Positions 1 through 11,026 of a DNA stretch of 64,000 bases are shown piece by piece. The position numbers and the translations under genes are program-made. Position 1 is the first letter of the stretch. Each line of letters begins with the position of its first letter. This DNA is from an uncultured archaeon (lineage in GTDB: Archaea > Asgardarchaeota > Lokiarchaeia > Sigyniarchaeales > SOKP01): contig CAZALK010000011.1 in assembly GCA_964486045.1 (NCBI GenBank), positions 32,001 through 96,000 of the forward strand. Direction: 5' to 3'. The notes beneath the pieces were generated by a model. The model saw only the letters and a program-made list of their open reading frames with translations. It did no database searches and was not told the DNA's origin.

Positions 1-93
1 AAATAATTGAGGTGATATAGATTCTTTAAAAGTTCTATGAAACACAACTATTCCTGATTTATGCAGAATCCAAACATCTTGGAGTACTTTCAA
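1..93 (-). CDS. Asgard longin-like small protein, N-terminal part (runs off window start)
   Basis: Manual translation from TTG at 93 gives MKVLQDVWILHKSGIVVFHRTFKESISPQLF. This has the 'hWIhxxSGhxhF' beta-hairpin start of Loki longin/sedlin-like domains. Not in the ORF track. Confidence 0.6.
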   Translation of the reverse strand, partial: MKVLQDVWILHKSGIVVFHRTFKESISPQLF

Positions 94-142
94 TTAAAAC
101 CCTTTTTGATTATTCTTATAATTTAGATTGAATATCTGTAAA

Positions 143-706
143 TTAATTTCCCCATCTTTTTATATCAATTTCTATTCCTGTTTGATCTAGTATCCTCCCG
201 ATTGTATGGTTAATAATATCATCAACATTCTTAGGATTGTGATAAAATGAAGGTACTGGTGGAAATATTACAACACCGAGTCTTGTTAATTTCAGCATAT
301 TTTCAAGATGAATAGCACTTAAAGGAGTTTCTCTAACGACAAGAATAATCCTTCTTCTTTCTTTTATCATTACATCCGCAACCCTGCTAATTAAATTATC
401 AGAATAACCATTTGCTACAGCTGCTAATGTTTTCATTGAACATGGAATTACAACCATGTTTTCTATCACATATGATCCGCTTGACGGGGCAGCTGTTAAA
501 TCATTTACTTCATAATTTATTGCCGCCAATTTACGTACATCTTCAATACTATAATTAGTTTCAGCTTTTATTATAATTTCAGCTTTTTCAGAGATAATTA
601 GTTCCGTTTTAATTTCAAGGTTTTTTAATTCTTCAAGAAACTTAATTCCTAAGATAGCACCACTCGCACCTGTCATAGCAACTAGAATTTGTATTACACG
701 TTCCAG
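143..706 (-). CDS. ubiX: flavin prenyltransferase UbiX
   Basis: Motifs TGASG, SSGS, PCSMKTLA, RETPL and FY. The ORF track starts at 676, but the first beta strand (QILVAM) lies upstream, so the true start is probably ATA 694 or CTG 706. Confidence 0.93.
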   Translation of the reverse strand: MERVIQILVAMTGASGAILGIKFLEELKNLEIKTELIISEKAEIIIKAETNYSIEDVRKLAAINYEVNDLTAAPSSGSYVIENMVVIPCSMKTLAAVANGYSDNLISRVADVMIKERRRIILVVRETPLSAIHLENMLKLTRLGVVIFPPVPSFYHNPKNVDDIINHTIGRILDQTGIEIDIKRWGN

Positions 707-816
707 ACCAAATCTATATTTTCAATAATTAATGAAGAATGGGTAATTTAATATGAGAAATGATAATGATTTAAATTTTTTATTAGAATTTTTACATTAA
801 AATTAAAATAAATTAT

Positions 817-1884
817 TTAGAAAGATCTGTTTAAGACAAAATCTAATAAATTAATAAAAAATTCTGTTTCAGATTCATTAATAGTGGACTTTAACTTCTC
901 AATCGCTGTTTTAGCCTCTTGATAATATTTTTTGGCAATTTTCTTACAAGAATTAGCTGAATCTGCTCTAAGAAATAACTCCTTAACTTCATTAACGTCA
1001 TTTTCAGCCATTTTTGGCTTTTCAATTAATTCTAAAATTCGATTTTTTTCCTTTTCATTAGACTTATCTAAAGCTTCTATTAACAAACAAGTATGCTTAC
1101 CTTCTCGTATATCTCCATCAGTTGGTTTTCCCGTGATTTTTTCATCTCCAAAAGTTCCTAAAATATCATCAATTATTTGAAAAATAATGCCGAGATTCAC
1201 TCCATAAATTGAAAGAGGCTTTCTAAACTTTTCATCGGCTTTCGAATAGTTTGCTCCAATTAAAATCGATTTCTCAATTAATGCTCCAGTTTTTAGAGAG
1301 ATCATTTCAATGTAATCATCCATGGAAATTTTTTTTTGATTCACCATATCAGTTTCAATTAAAACACCATTGATTATATCCGTAAATGCTTGCTCATAAA
1401 GTTTAATTGCATTTAGGTTTAAGTCAACCTCAAAGTCATTGAAGAAATAAGCTTCTAATCCTGAAATAAACGCGGAATCACCTCCTATTATTCCAATGGA
1501 ATTACCAAAATCAGAGGCAATCATTTTTTTAAGTTGATACTTTTCATGATAATTTCTAAATCGGAAATGAAAAGCTGGTTTTCCCCTTCTAAAATCATCC
1601 TTATCAATGATATCATCATGAATTAATGAACCATTATGAAGGAATTCTGTCCCTACACTTGGTACGACAATCTTTTCGTCCCTTTGACCTTTAAAAGCAT
1701 TATAGGCGGCAATACATAGTAAAGGGCGTATTCTTTTTCCACCCGCTAAGAAATACTCTCTTAATTCTAAGTAATATTCTTTTAGAAATGAATTTTTTAC
1801 ACTTTTTAGTTTAGAATCATAAATAGATTTAATTGCATCATTTATTTTCTGTTTATATTCCTCAACATAATCTATAAATTTCAG
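817..1884 (-). CDS. idsA: polyprenyl/geranylgeranyl diphosphate synthase (IdsA/GGPPS family)
   Basis: The frame is open from CTG 1884 (just after a TAA) and includes GGKRIRP, FARM LIHDDIIDKDDFRRG, KTGAL and SARM FQIIDDILG. The ORF track captures only the C-terminal 235 aa. Confidence 0.92.
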   Translation of the reverse strand: MKFIDYVEEYKQKINDAIKSIYDSKLKSVKNSFLKEYYLELREYFLAGGKRIRPLLCIAAYNAFKGQRDEKIVVPSVGTEFLHNGSLIHDDIIDKDDFRRGKPAFHFRFRNYHEKYQLKKMIASDFGNSIGIIGGDSAFISGLEAYFFNDFEVDLNLNAIKLYEQAFTDIINGVLIETDMVNQKKISMDDYIEMISLKTGALIEKSILIGANYSKADEKFRKPLSIYGVNLGIIFQIIDDILGTFGDEKITGKPTDGDIREGKHTCLLIEALDKSNEKEKNRILELIEKPKMAENDVNEVKELFLRADSANSCKKIAKKYYQEAKTAIEKLKSTINESETEFFINLLDFVLNRSF

Positions 1885-2027
1885 AAATTACCACTATTCT
1901 CGTTTTTATTTTAAATTATAAAACAAAAATTTTTGTTTTATATAAGTGATATCAAATTATCAATATTCTTAATTACTAGAGAGTAAACTCTATTCTCAAA
2001 ATTTAAAAATTAGGGTAAAAACGCTTT

Positions 2028-3716
2028 TTGGCAAATTTAAAAAAATTAAAATCAAATAAAAAAAAATTAGGTTTAATAATCAGTATCTCAATAATAATCA
2101 TTGGGGTAGTACCACTACTTATTTTAACATTTGTTCCTGAACTGAGACATTCATATACAATTGAGCCATTAGCTCTTGAATCCGAAGATAACATATATAT
2201 TAGTGCTTTTAAATATACTCCAAAAGGGGAAAAAAGCCATGGTGGGATCGTTGTCGGTCATAGTTTTTTTGGGAATAAGCTCAATATGCAACCATTGAGT
2301 ATAGAATTTGTTAAACGAGGATTTACAGTAATAAATATAGATTTTCGAGGTCATGGTGCTTCCGGTGGAAATTTCTACCGTAGTGAATTAATAAAAGATA
2401 TGAAAGCTGCGGTTGATTATCTCGAATATAATTTATCATACATTTCTGAAATTGGACTCGTAGGACATTCATTAGGTGCGGAAGTAGCATTAAAGTTATC
2501 AAATGCTTATCCCGATAGAATCAACGCAACCGCGGCAATTGGGGCAACAACTGGCAATATTACATCAGTTTCGAATCTATTTTTAGCAGCAGGGGAATAT
2601 GACACAGGTTTATCTGAAGAAATAATGCTTGATGTCCTAAGATCATATACCGGGGAGGAAAATGTAGTAGTTGGTCAAATGTATTATGGAGATTTCAATG
2701 GAGGAAATAACATACAAGGTTTTATTAGCCCCTTTTCAGATCATTTAACTGAAATTATAGATTCAGCCATTATTTACCAAACAGTTCAATGGTTCGAGCA
2801 AGCGTTTAATGGAGAATTGGGGAGTGATATCTTTATAACAGCTACAATTTTGCAAGTTTTTTCCTATGTAGCTCTTTTTGGGGTAATCGTGCTGAATGCG
2901 GTATTAGTAATATATATTAGTACCTTCATTTTTAAAAATAGAAAATTTTTCCCCGAAAAAGAAATATTAAAAGAATTTGGGAGTCTATCATATAAAAAAC
3001 TCTCACTATATTATACCGTCCCTGTTGTGGTAATTCAATTTATCTTCTTTTTATTTCTCTCAGACATTACACTAGATATATTCCCCTTTTCTACGACAAG
3101 TATAACATTATTGCTAATCGTTGGAGCTGCGGTTGGGATAATACTTGTATATAATTTCCTTTTATTAAATTTAAGTGAAAAATTTTCTATCAGAGATTTC
3201 TTCTTGAAAATTAAATTAATGTGTTCCAAGAATTCTGGAAGGTCGGTTATTTATGGAACCCTAATAGGGTTACAAGTGATATTCTCAATAGCGGCAATTT
3301 GGCATTGGTCTGTACAAAATTCACTCCCAACTTTAGAAGGAATTGGGAGAATGATATTGATAACTCTTATATCTTTCCCTTTTTTTTTAATTAAAGAATT
3401 CTATTACAGAAATGTTCAGGGACGATTAAACATTTTAAGTCGATATGATGAATACATTGTAATGGTTGGAATTGGAATTATTATGGATAATACGCTTATC
3501 ATTTTTATAATAATAATAGGAAGAATCAATTTAGCTTACATACCAGCATATGTTCTTTACCTTTTAGGATGGGTCATTTTTTCAATTATACAACATGCCT
3601 CAGTTACTTATGTATATATGCATTCAGGGAGGAATATTTTAGGATCGACGATTTTTATAAGTATCTTTTACTCTTGGATTGTAGTTGTTTTTTTCCCATC
3701 CTATGGATTTCTGTAA
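2028..3716 (+). CDS. membrane-anchored alpha/beta hydrolase with multi-TM C-terminal domain
   Basis: N-terminal TM, DFRGHGAS, nucleophile elbow GHSLG, then about 8 hydrophobic helices. Confidence 0.8.
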   Translation: MANLKKLKSNKKKLGLIISISIIIIGVVPLLILTFVPELRHSYTIEPLALESEDNIYISAFKYTPKGEKSHGGIVVGHSFFGNKLNMQPLSIEFVKRGFTVINIDFRGHGASGGNFYRSELIKDMKAAVDYLEYNLSYISEIGLVGHSLGAEVALKLSNAYPDRINATAAIGATTGNITSVSNLFLAAGEYDTGLSEEIMLDVLRSYTGEENVVVGQMYYGDFNGGNNIQGFISPFSDHLTEIIDSAIIYQTVQWFEQAFNGELGSDIFITATILQVFSYVALFGVIVLNAVLVIYISTFIFKNRKFFPEKEILKEFGSLSYKKLSLYYTVPVVVIQFIFFLFLSDITLDIFPFSTTSITLLLIVGAAVGIILVYNFLLLNLSEKFSIRDFFLKIKLMCSKNSGRSVIYGTLIGLQVIFSIAAIWHWSVQNSLPTLEGIGRMILITLISFPFFLIKEFYYRNVQGRLNILSRYDEYIVMVGIGIIMDNTLIIFIIIIGRINLAYIPAYVLYLLGWVIFSIIQHASVTYVYMHSGRNILGSTIFISIFYSWIVVVFFPSYGFL

Positions 3717-4126
3717 TTTTTTTTATTTTTATCCATTACAGAATTATCCAGCATTGGTTTTAAGTGACTTAATAAATCATCAAAATCTGCTAAATCAAAA
3801 TGTTTTTTCAAAAAACCGTCTGCTTTTGTTTCAAGAGTTTTAATTGCAACCTCCGCTTCTGGAACTCCAGAAAAGTAATAAACAAGGATATCCTTGTATC
3901 TATCATTTGATTTGATATAGCTACAGAACTCATATCCACTCAAATGTGGCAAATGTACGTCTAAAAGAATTAACTGTGGTTTTTGGTTTTTTAATTCTTC
4001 AATTGCTTCTGAGGTATTACCAACAGATTTACATGAATAACCCTTAATTCGGAAAATCTTTTTTAGTAAATCAATTATATATTTGCTGTCATCTATAATT
4101 AAAATATCATATTGAGAATAGACCAA
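3701..4126 (-). CDS. single-domain response regulator (CheY-like receiver)
   Basis: ILIIDD, LILLDVHLPHLSGYE, ADGFLKK (KHF replaces the usual KPF). Confidence 0.88.
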   Translation of the reverse strand: MVYSQYDILIIDDSKYIIDLLKKIFRIKGYSCKSVGNTSEAIEELKNQKPQLILLDVHLPHLSGYEFCSYIKSNDRYKDILVYYFSGVPEAEVAIKTLETKADGFLKKHFDLADFDDLLSHLKPMLDNSVMDKNKKNYRNP

Positions 4127-4394
4127 TTTGAGATCAACTACAATTCATGTTGTTTTAGGTCCTTGCAACATCACTTTTTCTTAATATCCCTAATAACATA
4201 TCTCTAACAATAACAGAATTATTTAAATTTGAGTTTTTCGTTATAATTACTTGAGAATTTGATTTTTTCATATAAAAAAATGACACTTAAATTATATCAT
4301 ATCTTTTTGTCTCATTAGTTATAGATTTTAAAAATTCATATAGCTCTCTTTTTTTAGTTCCCCAGTTTTTCTTAGTCGTTAACAGATTACATCA

Positions 4395-7187
4395 TTAACT
4401 AGTTTCAATTTTAAAAGTTACAATAACATGAGGTTCTAATGAAATACTTAGTTGATTTTCACCATACCTATTAATTTTTGCTTTAATTTCATTTATTGGT
4501 TCTTCTTCGAGGAGGTTTACAATTTTCACACTTGTTATCGAAATTTCCTTAAAAAAAGTTAATAAAGCCTTTTGAGGAATGGATGATATGTTGTATACTC
4601 TTAGAATTAAATAATTTCCTACTTCAGCCTTTTTCAGAGCACTTAAAATTACATTGTTATTATCTATTTCAAGAAAACTAAGGACTGGTGGAAGGTAAGG
4701 CTTTAAATTTAATGATTTGGATACATCAAAGTACGATATAATTCCAGATGGTTGTAATATCACTTTATCTGAAACTCTAATAGGACTTTGTACCATATTA
4801 GGAAAAAGAGGTCTGAGGGGGCTGTTAAATTCTTTTCCTTTTTGATGTATCTCCGATTCTAACCAATTTGATTTTGAAGTAGTAATAAGCGATAATTCAA
4901 ATAAGTGTTTTCCAAGACACTGAGCACCTGGAGTGTTATATCCTGGACCAGCATGAGACATTTTTGTCTTAAAATCATCACGAGATAACCATCCAATACA
5001 TCTCAGAAGAGTAATCGCAAATGTTATTTTCTTTTCTTTATTAATTATAGCTTCATACTCGGGTATACCTTTATTAAGTACTGCAAAAGTTCTCGAATCA
5101 TCACTAATAGATATGAAATCTTTTTGGTGGTTAGTTGGTAAGGGTTTTTGGACCCAATCATCAGCGGGGGGTAGTTTTACACTCCTTGGAACAACATAAA
5201 AATGACCATCGGCATAAATTTTATCTGATTTTATTTTGGTAGGAAATAAAACACGAATTCGATGATCTTTACAATTATTTTCTAACTCAATCTTAAAATC
5301 GATTCGTTTTATACCTTTAAATAAGGAAATATATATGATTATTTCATTATCTACGAGACAATCTTCTCTATTGTTTCGTTCTTCTGTAAGTGAGTTGGGA
5401 AGCTTTAGATTTAGTCTTATTTTAAAGATTTTCTGAGTGGGACCATCTACATATATGGATCGTTCAATAACGGTAGCATCTTCAGATAGGAAAACTAAAT
5501 CTGTTTGATTTTCTTTTGGACCTGAAAAATCATATTCATCACCCCAATCTCCCATATCTTCAAATTCACATATATTTTTATAGGTCAGACCTGCTTCCTT
5601 GTCTACGACTTTAATAAAGCCATTAGAATCTATATCAATTCGATAAAATTCATTTTCTAGAAACTCTTGTTTTATATTAAAGAAATTGCTCTCCAATGGA
5701 AAAACATTAGCAGAATCAACTGGTTGAAGGTAATAAACTTTATATCCACATGCAGGTACTTCTGCCAAAAAGGTAAATTTATGACTTATACCAAGTTTTC
5801 GGGTGAATCTAGACTCTTCTTTAACTGAATGATATTGATAGGCAATTTCTCTTCCCTCAAAATCAGTCAATTTAAGATTATATGGAAATTTTTCACCACT
5901 CACTTTGCGAGATATTGTATTAAACTTGACAATATCCTTTCGTTGCCATGGGAGTGGATTAAATACTAGTATTGTATGTTGCCCATTAAGTTCATTATCA
6001 ATTTTTATAAGCTGAGCTAAATAAAGAAAGGAGTTTTTATAGACCTCATTTGCAATTTGTTCTGCCCAATCAAACCGAATTTTCATTTCATCGTGAACTT
6101 GGTCGATGCTACAGCCACATATACTGTCATGAGGCGCATTTTTTTGAAGCCACTTTAAACCAGTCAAAATATAATCTTTAGGGTAAGTAAACCTGTTATA
6201 TTTGTCTAATAACCACGTTATTGTTGATAAAGGTTCTGAATATCTTTCATAAAGGTATTCTATAGTAGTATTCCTCTGTTTAATCCAAATTCGAGCAGAA
6301 AAAACTCCAGATAATAGGTGAACATACCTTCCTCCTCTTAATTCTCCTTGAAATTCTTTTAATCCTGGATTTGATTCCAATACCTTATTGACATAATATT
6401 CAAAATCAGCTTGTACCATTAGTTGATCAGGGTGTGTTGTATTCCATTGTTTTATTATTTCAGGGATTTCTGGGCGTGCTTCATGGTGATCTGAACCATT
6501 GTTAAGAAGTATATTTGGAGTAGCTATGTATTTTTGAAAATTTTGTATCCTTTGTTTAATTGTTCTGAGGGCTGTTTTGTATTCACCCTTGATTTTTTTT
6601 CCATTTAATCTAGCTAGTGAACCATAGCTATAGATCAAATAAATCCCTAAAATTGATGCTGCTTTACCAGGTGCATTCCATGTAAATTCCATATTCAACT
6701 TATTATTTTCAAACTCATTGCCAAAGCCTCTCCAAAATATGACTGATGGGATTTCAAAACCGTGAATTATTTGAGGTAATTGAGCAATATGGCCAAAGGG
6801 ATCGGGGATATATCCAGCATTCATAACTCTACCAAACCTTCTACTAATTTGGTGTCCAATCATGAGATTTCTGATTATAGATTCCCCGCTGACTAAAAAT
6901 TCATCAGGTAATACATACATAGGACCAATAGAAAGCCTTCCCTCTTTTACATATCTTTTTATGTCTTCCTCTTTCTCTGGGCGTATCTCTAAATAATCCT
7001 CTAAAGGAATAGTTTGCCCATCTAGAACAAAATTTTTATACTCGGGATTCACTCTAAAAATTTCCAATAGTTTATCCATCATCATTACAAGTCTAGCACG
7101 GAATTCTTGAAAAGGGAGGTACCATTCTCTATCCCAATGAGTTTCTGGAACGATTATAATATTATTAGCTTTCATGAGAAATAGCAT
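4395..7187 (-). CDS. GH38 alpha-mannosidase
   Basis: ETHWDREWY, LDGQT, PDEFLVSGES, PDPFGH, HDSICGCSID motifs. Confidence 0.93.
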   Translation of the reverse strand: MLFLMKANNIIIVPETHWDREWYLPFQEFRARLVMMMDKLLEIFRVNPEYKNFVLDGQTIPLEDYLEIRPEKEEDIKRYVKEGRLSIGPMYVLPDEFLVSGESIIRNLMIGHQISRRFGRVMNAGYIPDPFGHIAQLPQIIHGFEIPSVIFWRGFGNEFENNKLNMEFTWNAPGKAASILGIYLIYSYGSLARLNGKKIKGEYKTALRTIKQRIQNFQKYIATPNILLNNGSDHHEARPEIPEIIKQWNTTHPDQLMVQADFEYYVNKVLESNPGLKEFQGELRGGRYVHLLSGVFSARIWIKQRNTTIEYLYERYSEPLSTITWLLDKYNRFTYPKDYILTGLKWLQKNAPHDSICGCSIDQVHDEMKIRFDWAEQIANEVYKNSFLYLAQLIKIDNELNGQHTILVFNPLPWQRKDIVKFNTISRKVSGEKFPYNLKLTDFEGREIAYQYHSVKEESRFTRKLGISHKFTFLAEVPACGYKVYYLQPVDSANVFPLESNFFNIKQEFLENEFYRIDIDSNGFIKVVDKEAGLTYKNICEFEDMGDWGDEYDFSGPKENQTDLVFLSEDATVIERSIYVDGPTQKIFKIRLNLKLPNSLTEERNNREDCLVDNEIIIYISLFKGIKRIDFKIELENNCKDHRIRVLFPTKIKSDKIYADGHFYVVPRSVKLPPADDWVQKPLPTNHQKDFISISDDSRTFAVLNKGIPEYEAIINKEKKITFAITLLRCIGWLSRDDFKTKMSHAGPGYNTPGAQCLGKHLFELSLITTSKSNWLESEIHQKGKEFNSPLRPLFPNMVQSPIRVSDKVILQPSGIISYFDVSKSLNLKPYLPPVLSFLEIDNNNVILSALKKAEVGNYLILRVYNISSIPQKALLTFFKEISITSVKIVNLLEEEPINEIKAKINRYGENQLSISLEPHVIVTFKIETS

Positions 7188-7276
7188 TTAATTGAAAATT
7201 CTAATTGCAATGATAAAAGAATACTTTAATAAAAATTAATTGAATATAAATGTAATAATTTGAAAAGGAAAAGTAA

Positions 7277-8809
7277 TCACCAATGTTGTTTGTGAGATAA
7301 AACTGATTGACCAATTACACTTGAATGAGGTTTCTTCCCTAACAAATCTAATAATGTGGGGACTATATCCGTAGTTTTACAATAAGATAGTCTAATTTTA
7401 GGAATTTCAAGAGATCCCCCTATGATTAAAGGTACAAGCATAGATCTTCTACTTGCTATGTCATGATTATAGAGTGAAATGTCTTTTGTCTTTCCATGCT
7501 CAAAATTAAAACAATATTCACCTCGAGTCGAAACCATAATATCACATGAACGAGGATTTTTGAAATAACGAGGAAGTTGATCTATTAACCCAACAAAATC
7601 AGATTTAAAGGTAGCTGAAAACCATTCATCAACAGTATGCCCTTTATCATCAAGTAAACCCTGAGATTCTTCGAAATTTTCATATCCCAATAAATCTTGA
7701 GTCTCATAAGCGTATTTAGTTTTCTGATCTCCTTCTATTCCATTATATTCTATTTTCCCTTTTAAAATTTTTCCATATTCTTTATCATAACGCTCTATAT
7801 GTATAGTTCCTTTATCAGGAGTACAATTGTCATCCTTATAATACATCAATTTTACACCAGGAATTTCCCATAATGTTTTAAACAGGTTTAGGGAATTGTT
7901 TCCTGCTCTATTTGTTTTATAATTCTTCATTTCCTTTATGGTTGGGTGGTGATGCCAAGTAGTTCCATGAAAATTGAAAAAACCAACACCACCAAAATTA
8001 GAATCAAAATCACCTAAACCTGTTTTTGGATTATAAGGTATTAGTCCTTTATTGTGGAAAAAAGGTTTAAGATCATATGATTTCTCAGCTTTATAATTTC
8101 CATGATCGGATGTAATGCAGATTGTGGTATCTTCATAATATCCTGTTTGTTTAAGAGTTTCTACTAACGATCCTATATAATCATCACATCGTAATATAAG
8201 ATTTCGATACTCTGGGTGATCGAAACCCAACTCATGCATATAAGCATCAGTATGAGGAATGTAACCAACCGTAATTATAGGAACCTCATTACTAGAAAAA
8301 AATTTATTTGGGTTTCTGTAAACTTCTTCAATCTTTTTAAAAATCGATTCTACTTTAAATTCATTAGGAATAGGGAAAATCGATCCCCGATATAAAAAGT
8401 TAATAACACTCAAAAGGTTTCCGTCGTCAACTTGCTCAAAAATTGTCTTTACACTTGACCCAACATCTTTATTGATTTTAAAAATATCACGCCGTTCACT
8501 ATAATTACGAATAAATGGTGGTTTTTTTCTCTCCAAAGGTGGATCTCTGCGATCAATCCAATGATAACTTGGTACTCCACTACCTTCTTTAGGATAATAT
8601 CCGGAATAAGATCCAGTTAGAATATTTGAATAACAAGGTAACGTTACACTAGGAAAAGATGTAATGCAATTTTGGCTTGTAATACCATTTTTAGCTATCT
8701 GTGCAATATTTGGAAGCTTTCCCTCAGCCAACCACTTGAACATATGTTCAGAGCGAACGTCATCAAGGATAATTAATAAAACTTGGTTAACTTTAGCACT
8801 ACGACTCAT
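7277..8809 (-). CDS. alkaline phosphatase superfamily protein (type I phosphodiesterase/nucleotide pyrophosphatase-like)
   Basis: LLIILDD, FPSVTLP nucleophile motif, DAYMH, TSDHG, DIVPT. Confidence 0.82.
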   Translation of the reverse strand: MSRSAKVNQVLLIILDDVRSEHMFKWLAEGKLPNIAQIAKNGITSQNCITSFPSVTLPCYSNILTGSYSGYYPKEGSGVPSYHWIDRRDPPLERKKPPFIRNYSERRDIFKINKDVGSSVKTIFEQVDDGNLLSVINFLYRGSIFPIPNEFKVESIFKKIEEVYRNPNKFFSSNEVPIITVGYIPHTDAYMHELGFDHPEYRNLILRCDDYIGSLVETLKQTGYYEDTTICITSDHGNYKAEKSYDLKPFFHNKGLIPYNPKTGLGDFDSNFGGVGFFNFHGTTWHHHPTIKEMKNYKTNRAGNNSLNLFKTLWEIPGVKLMYYKDDNCTPDKGTIHIERYDKEYGKILKGKIEYNGIEGDQKTKYAYETQDLLGYENFEESQGLLDDKGHTVDEWFSATFKSDFVGLIDQLPRYFKNPRSCDIMVSTRGEYCFNFEHGKTKDISLYNHDIASRRSMLVPLIIGGSLEIPKIRLSYCKTTDIVPTLLDLLGKKPHSSVIGQSVLSHKQHW

Positions 8810-8927
8810 GTTATCTAATAATTGATAATAACTTATATAAATTTTAAATAAAATAATGTTGTATAAGATTAGAGTTTTTGATTATTAAAAATTGAGGAAT
8901 GATCATTAGTAACTCTGTAAAGCGATA

Positions 8928-10004
8928 ATGAACACAAATCACACTATATATTTCAAAGATTCATCTGATATGAGTGAGTTACAGTCAAATTCTATTGATT
9001 TAATGATCACATCACCACCTTACCCCATGATAGAGATGTGGGATGCGTTATTTTCTTCTTTTAATGATGATATAAAACTAGCACTCGAAGAAAAGGATGG
9101 AAAAAGTGCATTTAATTATATGCATGAAGAGTTAGACAAGGTATGGCGAGAAGTCGCGCGTGTTTTAAAATCGGGGGGAATAGCTTGTATTAATATTGGA
9201 GATGCTACAAGAAAAATCAAAAATAGTTTCCAATTATATCCAAATCATGTTAAAATTACTAATTTTTTTCTGAATAGTGATTTTAATGAATTACCTTGCA
9301 TATTATGGAGAAAACCAACAAATATTCCAAATAAGTTTCTAGGTTCTGGGATGTTACCTCCTAATGCGTATGTTACTCTGGAACATGAATATATTTTGAT
9401 TTTTAGAAAAGGTAAAACTAAAAGAAAAATCCCCCCCAAATCAAAGAATAGATACAATAGTGCTTTTTTTTGGGAAGAAAGGAATAGATGGTTTTCTGAT
9501 ATATGGAAAAATATAAGAGGTATTTCTCAAAAATTAAAAGCTGATAATGGTATTCAAAAAAATTTGAGAGAACGCTCAGCAGCTTTCCCATTAGAATTAC
9601 CATATCGATTAATTAATATGTTTTCAATATATGAAGATTATATTTTAGATCCATTCTGGGGAACAGGCACTACTTCATTAGCTTCGATGATCTCAATGAG
9701 AAACTCATTTGGGTATGAATTAAATACTAACTTTTTAGAAATATTCAAAAAAAATGTAAACAATTCAAAGCAATTAAATATTGATATTAATAAAAAGAGG
9801 TTAAATAATCACATCAAATTTATTGACAATTACAGCAAGAAAGGAAAAGATATTAAATATAAATCAATTCACTATAAATTTCCTGTCATGACTAAACAAG
9901 AAACGAATTTTTTATTATATTCGATTAAAGATTGCAAGGAGAATCGAAATAAAATTATAATTGACCATGAAACTTTTAATATTGCCAATTTTATTGATGA
10001 ATGA
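8928..10004 (+). CDS. site-specific DNA methyltransferase, beta class (N4-cytosine/N6-adenine)
   Basis: TSPPY catalytic motif precedes the DPFWGTGTT SAM-binding motif; AAFP. Confidence 0.9.
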   Translation: MNTNHTIYFKDSSDMSELQSNSIDLMITSPPYPMIEMWDALFSSFNDDIKLALEEKDGKSAFNYMHEELDKVWREVARVLKSGGIACINIGDATRKIKNSFQLYPNHVKITNFFLNSDFNELPCILWRKPTNIPNKFLGSGMLPPNAYVTLEHEYILIFRKGKTKRKIPPKSKNRYNSAFFWEERNRWFSDIWKNIRGISQKLKADNGIQKNLRERSAAFPLELPYRLINMFSIYEDYILDPFWGTGTTSLASMISMRNSFGYELNTNFLEIFKKNVNNSKQLNIDINKKRLNNHIKFIDNYSKKGKDIKYKSIHYKFPVMTKQETNFLLYSIKDCKENRNKIIIDHETFNIANFIDE

Positions 10005-10156
10005 TACATTCATTATAAAATTTAATCTCAGAGAATAATTTAGAATTCTTCATTAATCGTTTGACCATTACATTTCATTAACATTTATAAGTAAACAACT
10101 CAACTTTCAATTAAAAGCATTAACAGATAATTTTATCATTCATTTAATAGAACAAG

Positions 10157-10973
10157 TTGAATTCAAATGAGGTAGAATTTTTCATGAAAGAAGATGATAA
10201 CTACGTAGTTCAGTTGAAAAGTCAGATACGGAAATTAAAATTAGAAATAGAAAAAAAAAATCAAGAAAATAATTCATTTATTGAAAGAATTCAGGATAAT
10301 GAGGAAGAGCTTATGAAACTTCATGAACTTACTTCAAAAACACCCACTCAAGAAAATACTCAAGATTTAATTAAATCTAAGTTTGATTTTAAATTAAAAG
10401 AGAAAAATAGGGAGATTAGGGACTTAAAAAGTCGAATGGGATATTTAAGAAAAGAAAAAACCATGGTTCAAAGAGAACTTGAGGAATTAATAATATCAAG
10501 TAAATCATCCGCGATGTCTATAGAAAAAATAAGGGAGGAGGAAAAATATGCTAAAGATTTGTTAAATCTTGAAACATTGAATAATGATTTACGCAGAAAA
10601 TTGGATATGCAAAAAATTTTAATTAGTAAATTGAGAAATGAAATTGGAGAAAAAAAGAATCAAATTAATAATATAAGTCTGAAAGCGAAAGAATTAAATC
10701 AAAGATTAAAAAATCAAAATTCAAATTTAGAAGGGAAATTTTTCAATGAAAAAAAAAAAAAAAAAGCTCAAAAAAGGTTTGCAAAAGGAACTAAATGAAT
10801 CTAAAAAACAAATTGATGACTTAAAAAATCAATTATCTAAATACAAGAGACCTAAGAGAGATAAAATAAAAAATGATATTGAAATACAGGACCTTGAAAA
10901 TAAGATTACCCTTTTAAAAGAAGATTTGGATAGAAAAGATGGTATAATTAGCAGACTCAAGTCAAAGAATTAA
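10157..10973 (+). CDS. coiled-coil protein split into two overlapping ORFs (10157-10798, 10746-10973) by a frameshift in an A17 run
   Basis: Both ORFs are heptad-rich and overlap exactly at the 17-A homopolymer 10749-10765. Confidence 0.6.
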
Positions 10974-11026
10974 CCATTAAAATTCCATAATGCTTTATTG
11001 ATAAGTTTTCATTAATTGAACTAATT

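Noticed and set aside
4127-4171. Upstream in-frame ATG..TGA extension and ATGTTG/CAACAT hairpin before the response regulator (possible Sec codon or BHB intron)
   Set aside because: There is no SECIS-like element downstream and no inner helix for a BHB, and the receiver domain is complete from TTG 4126.
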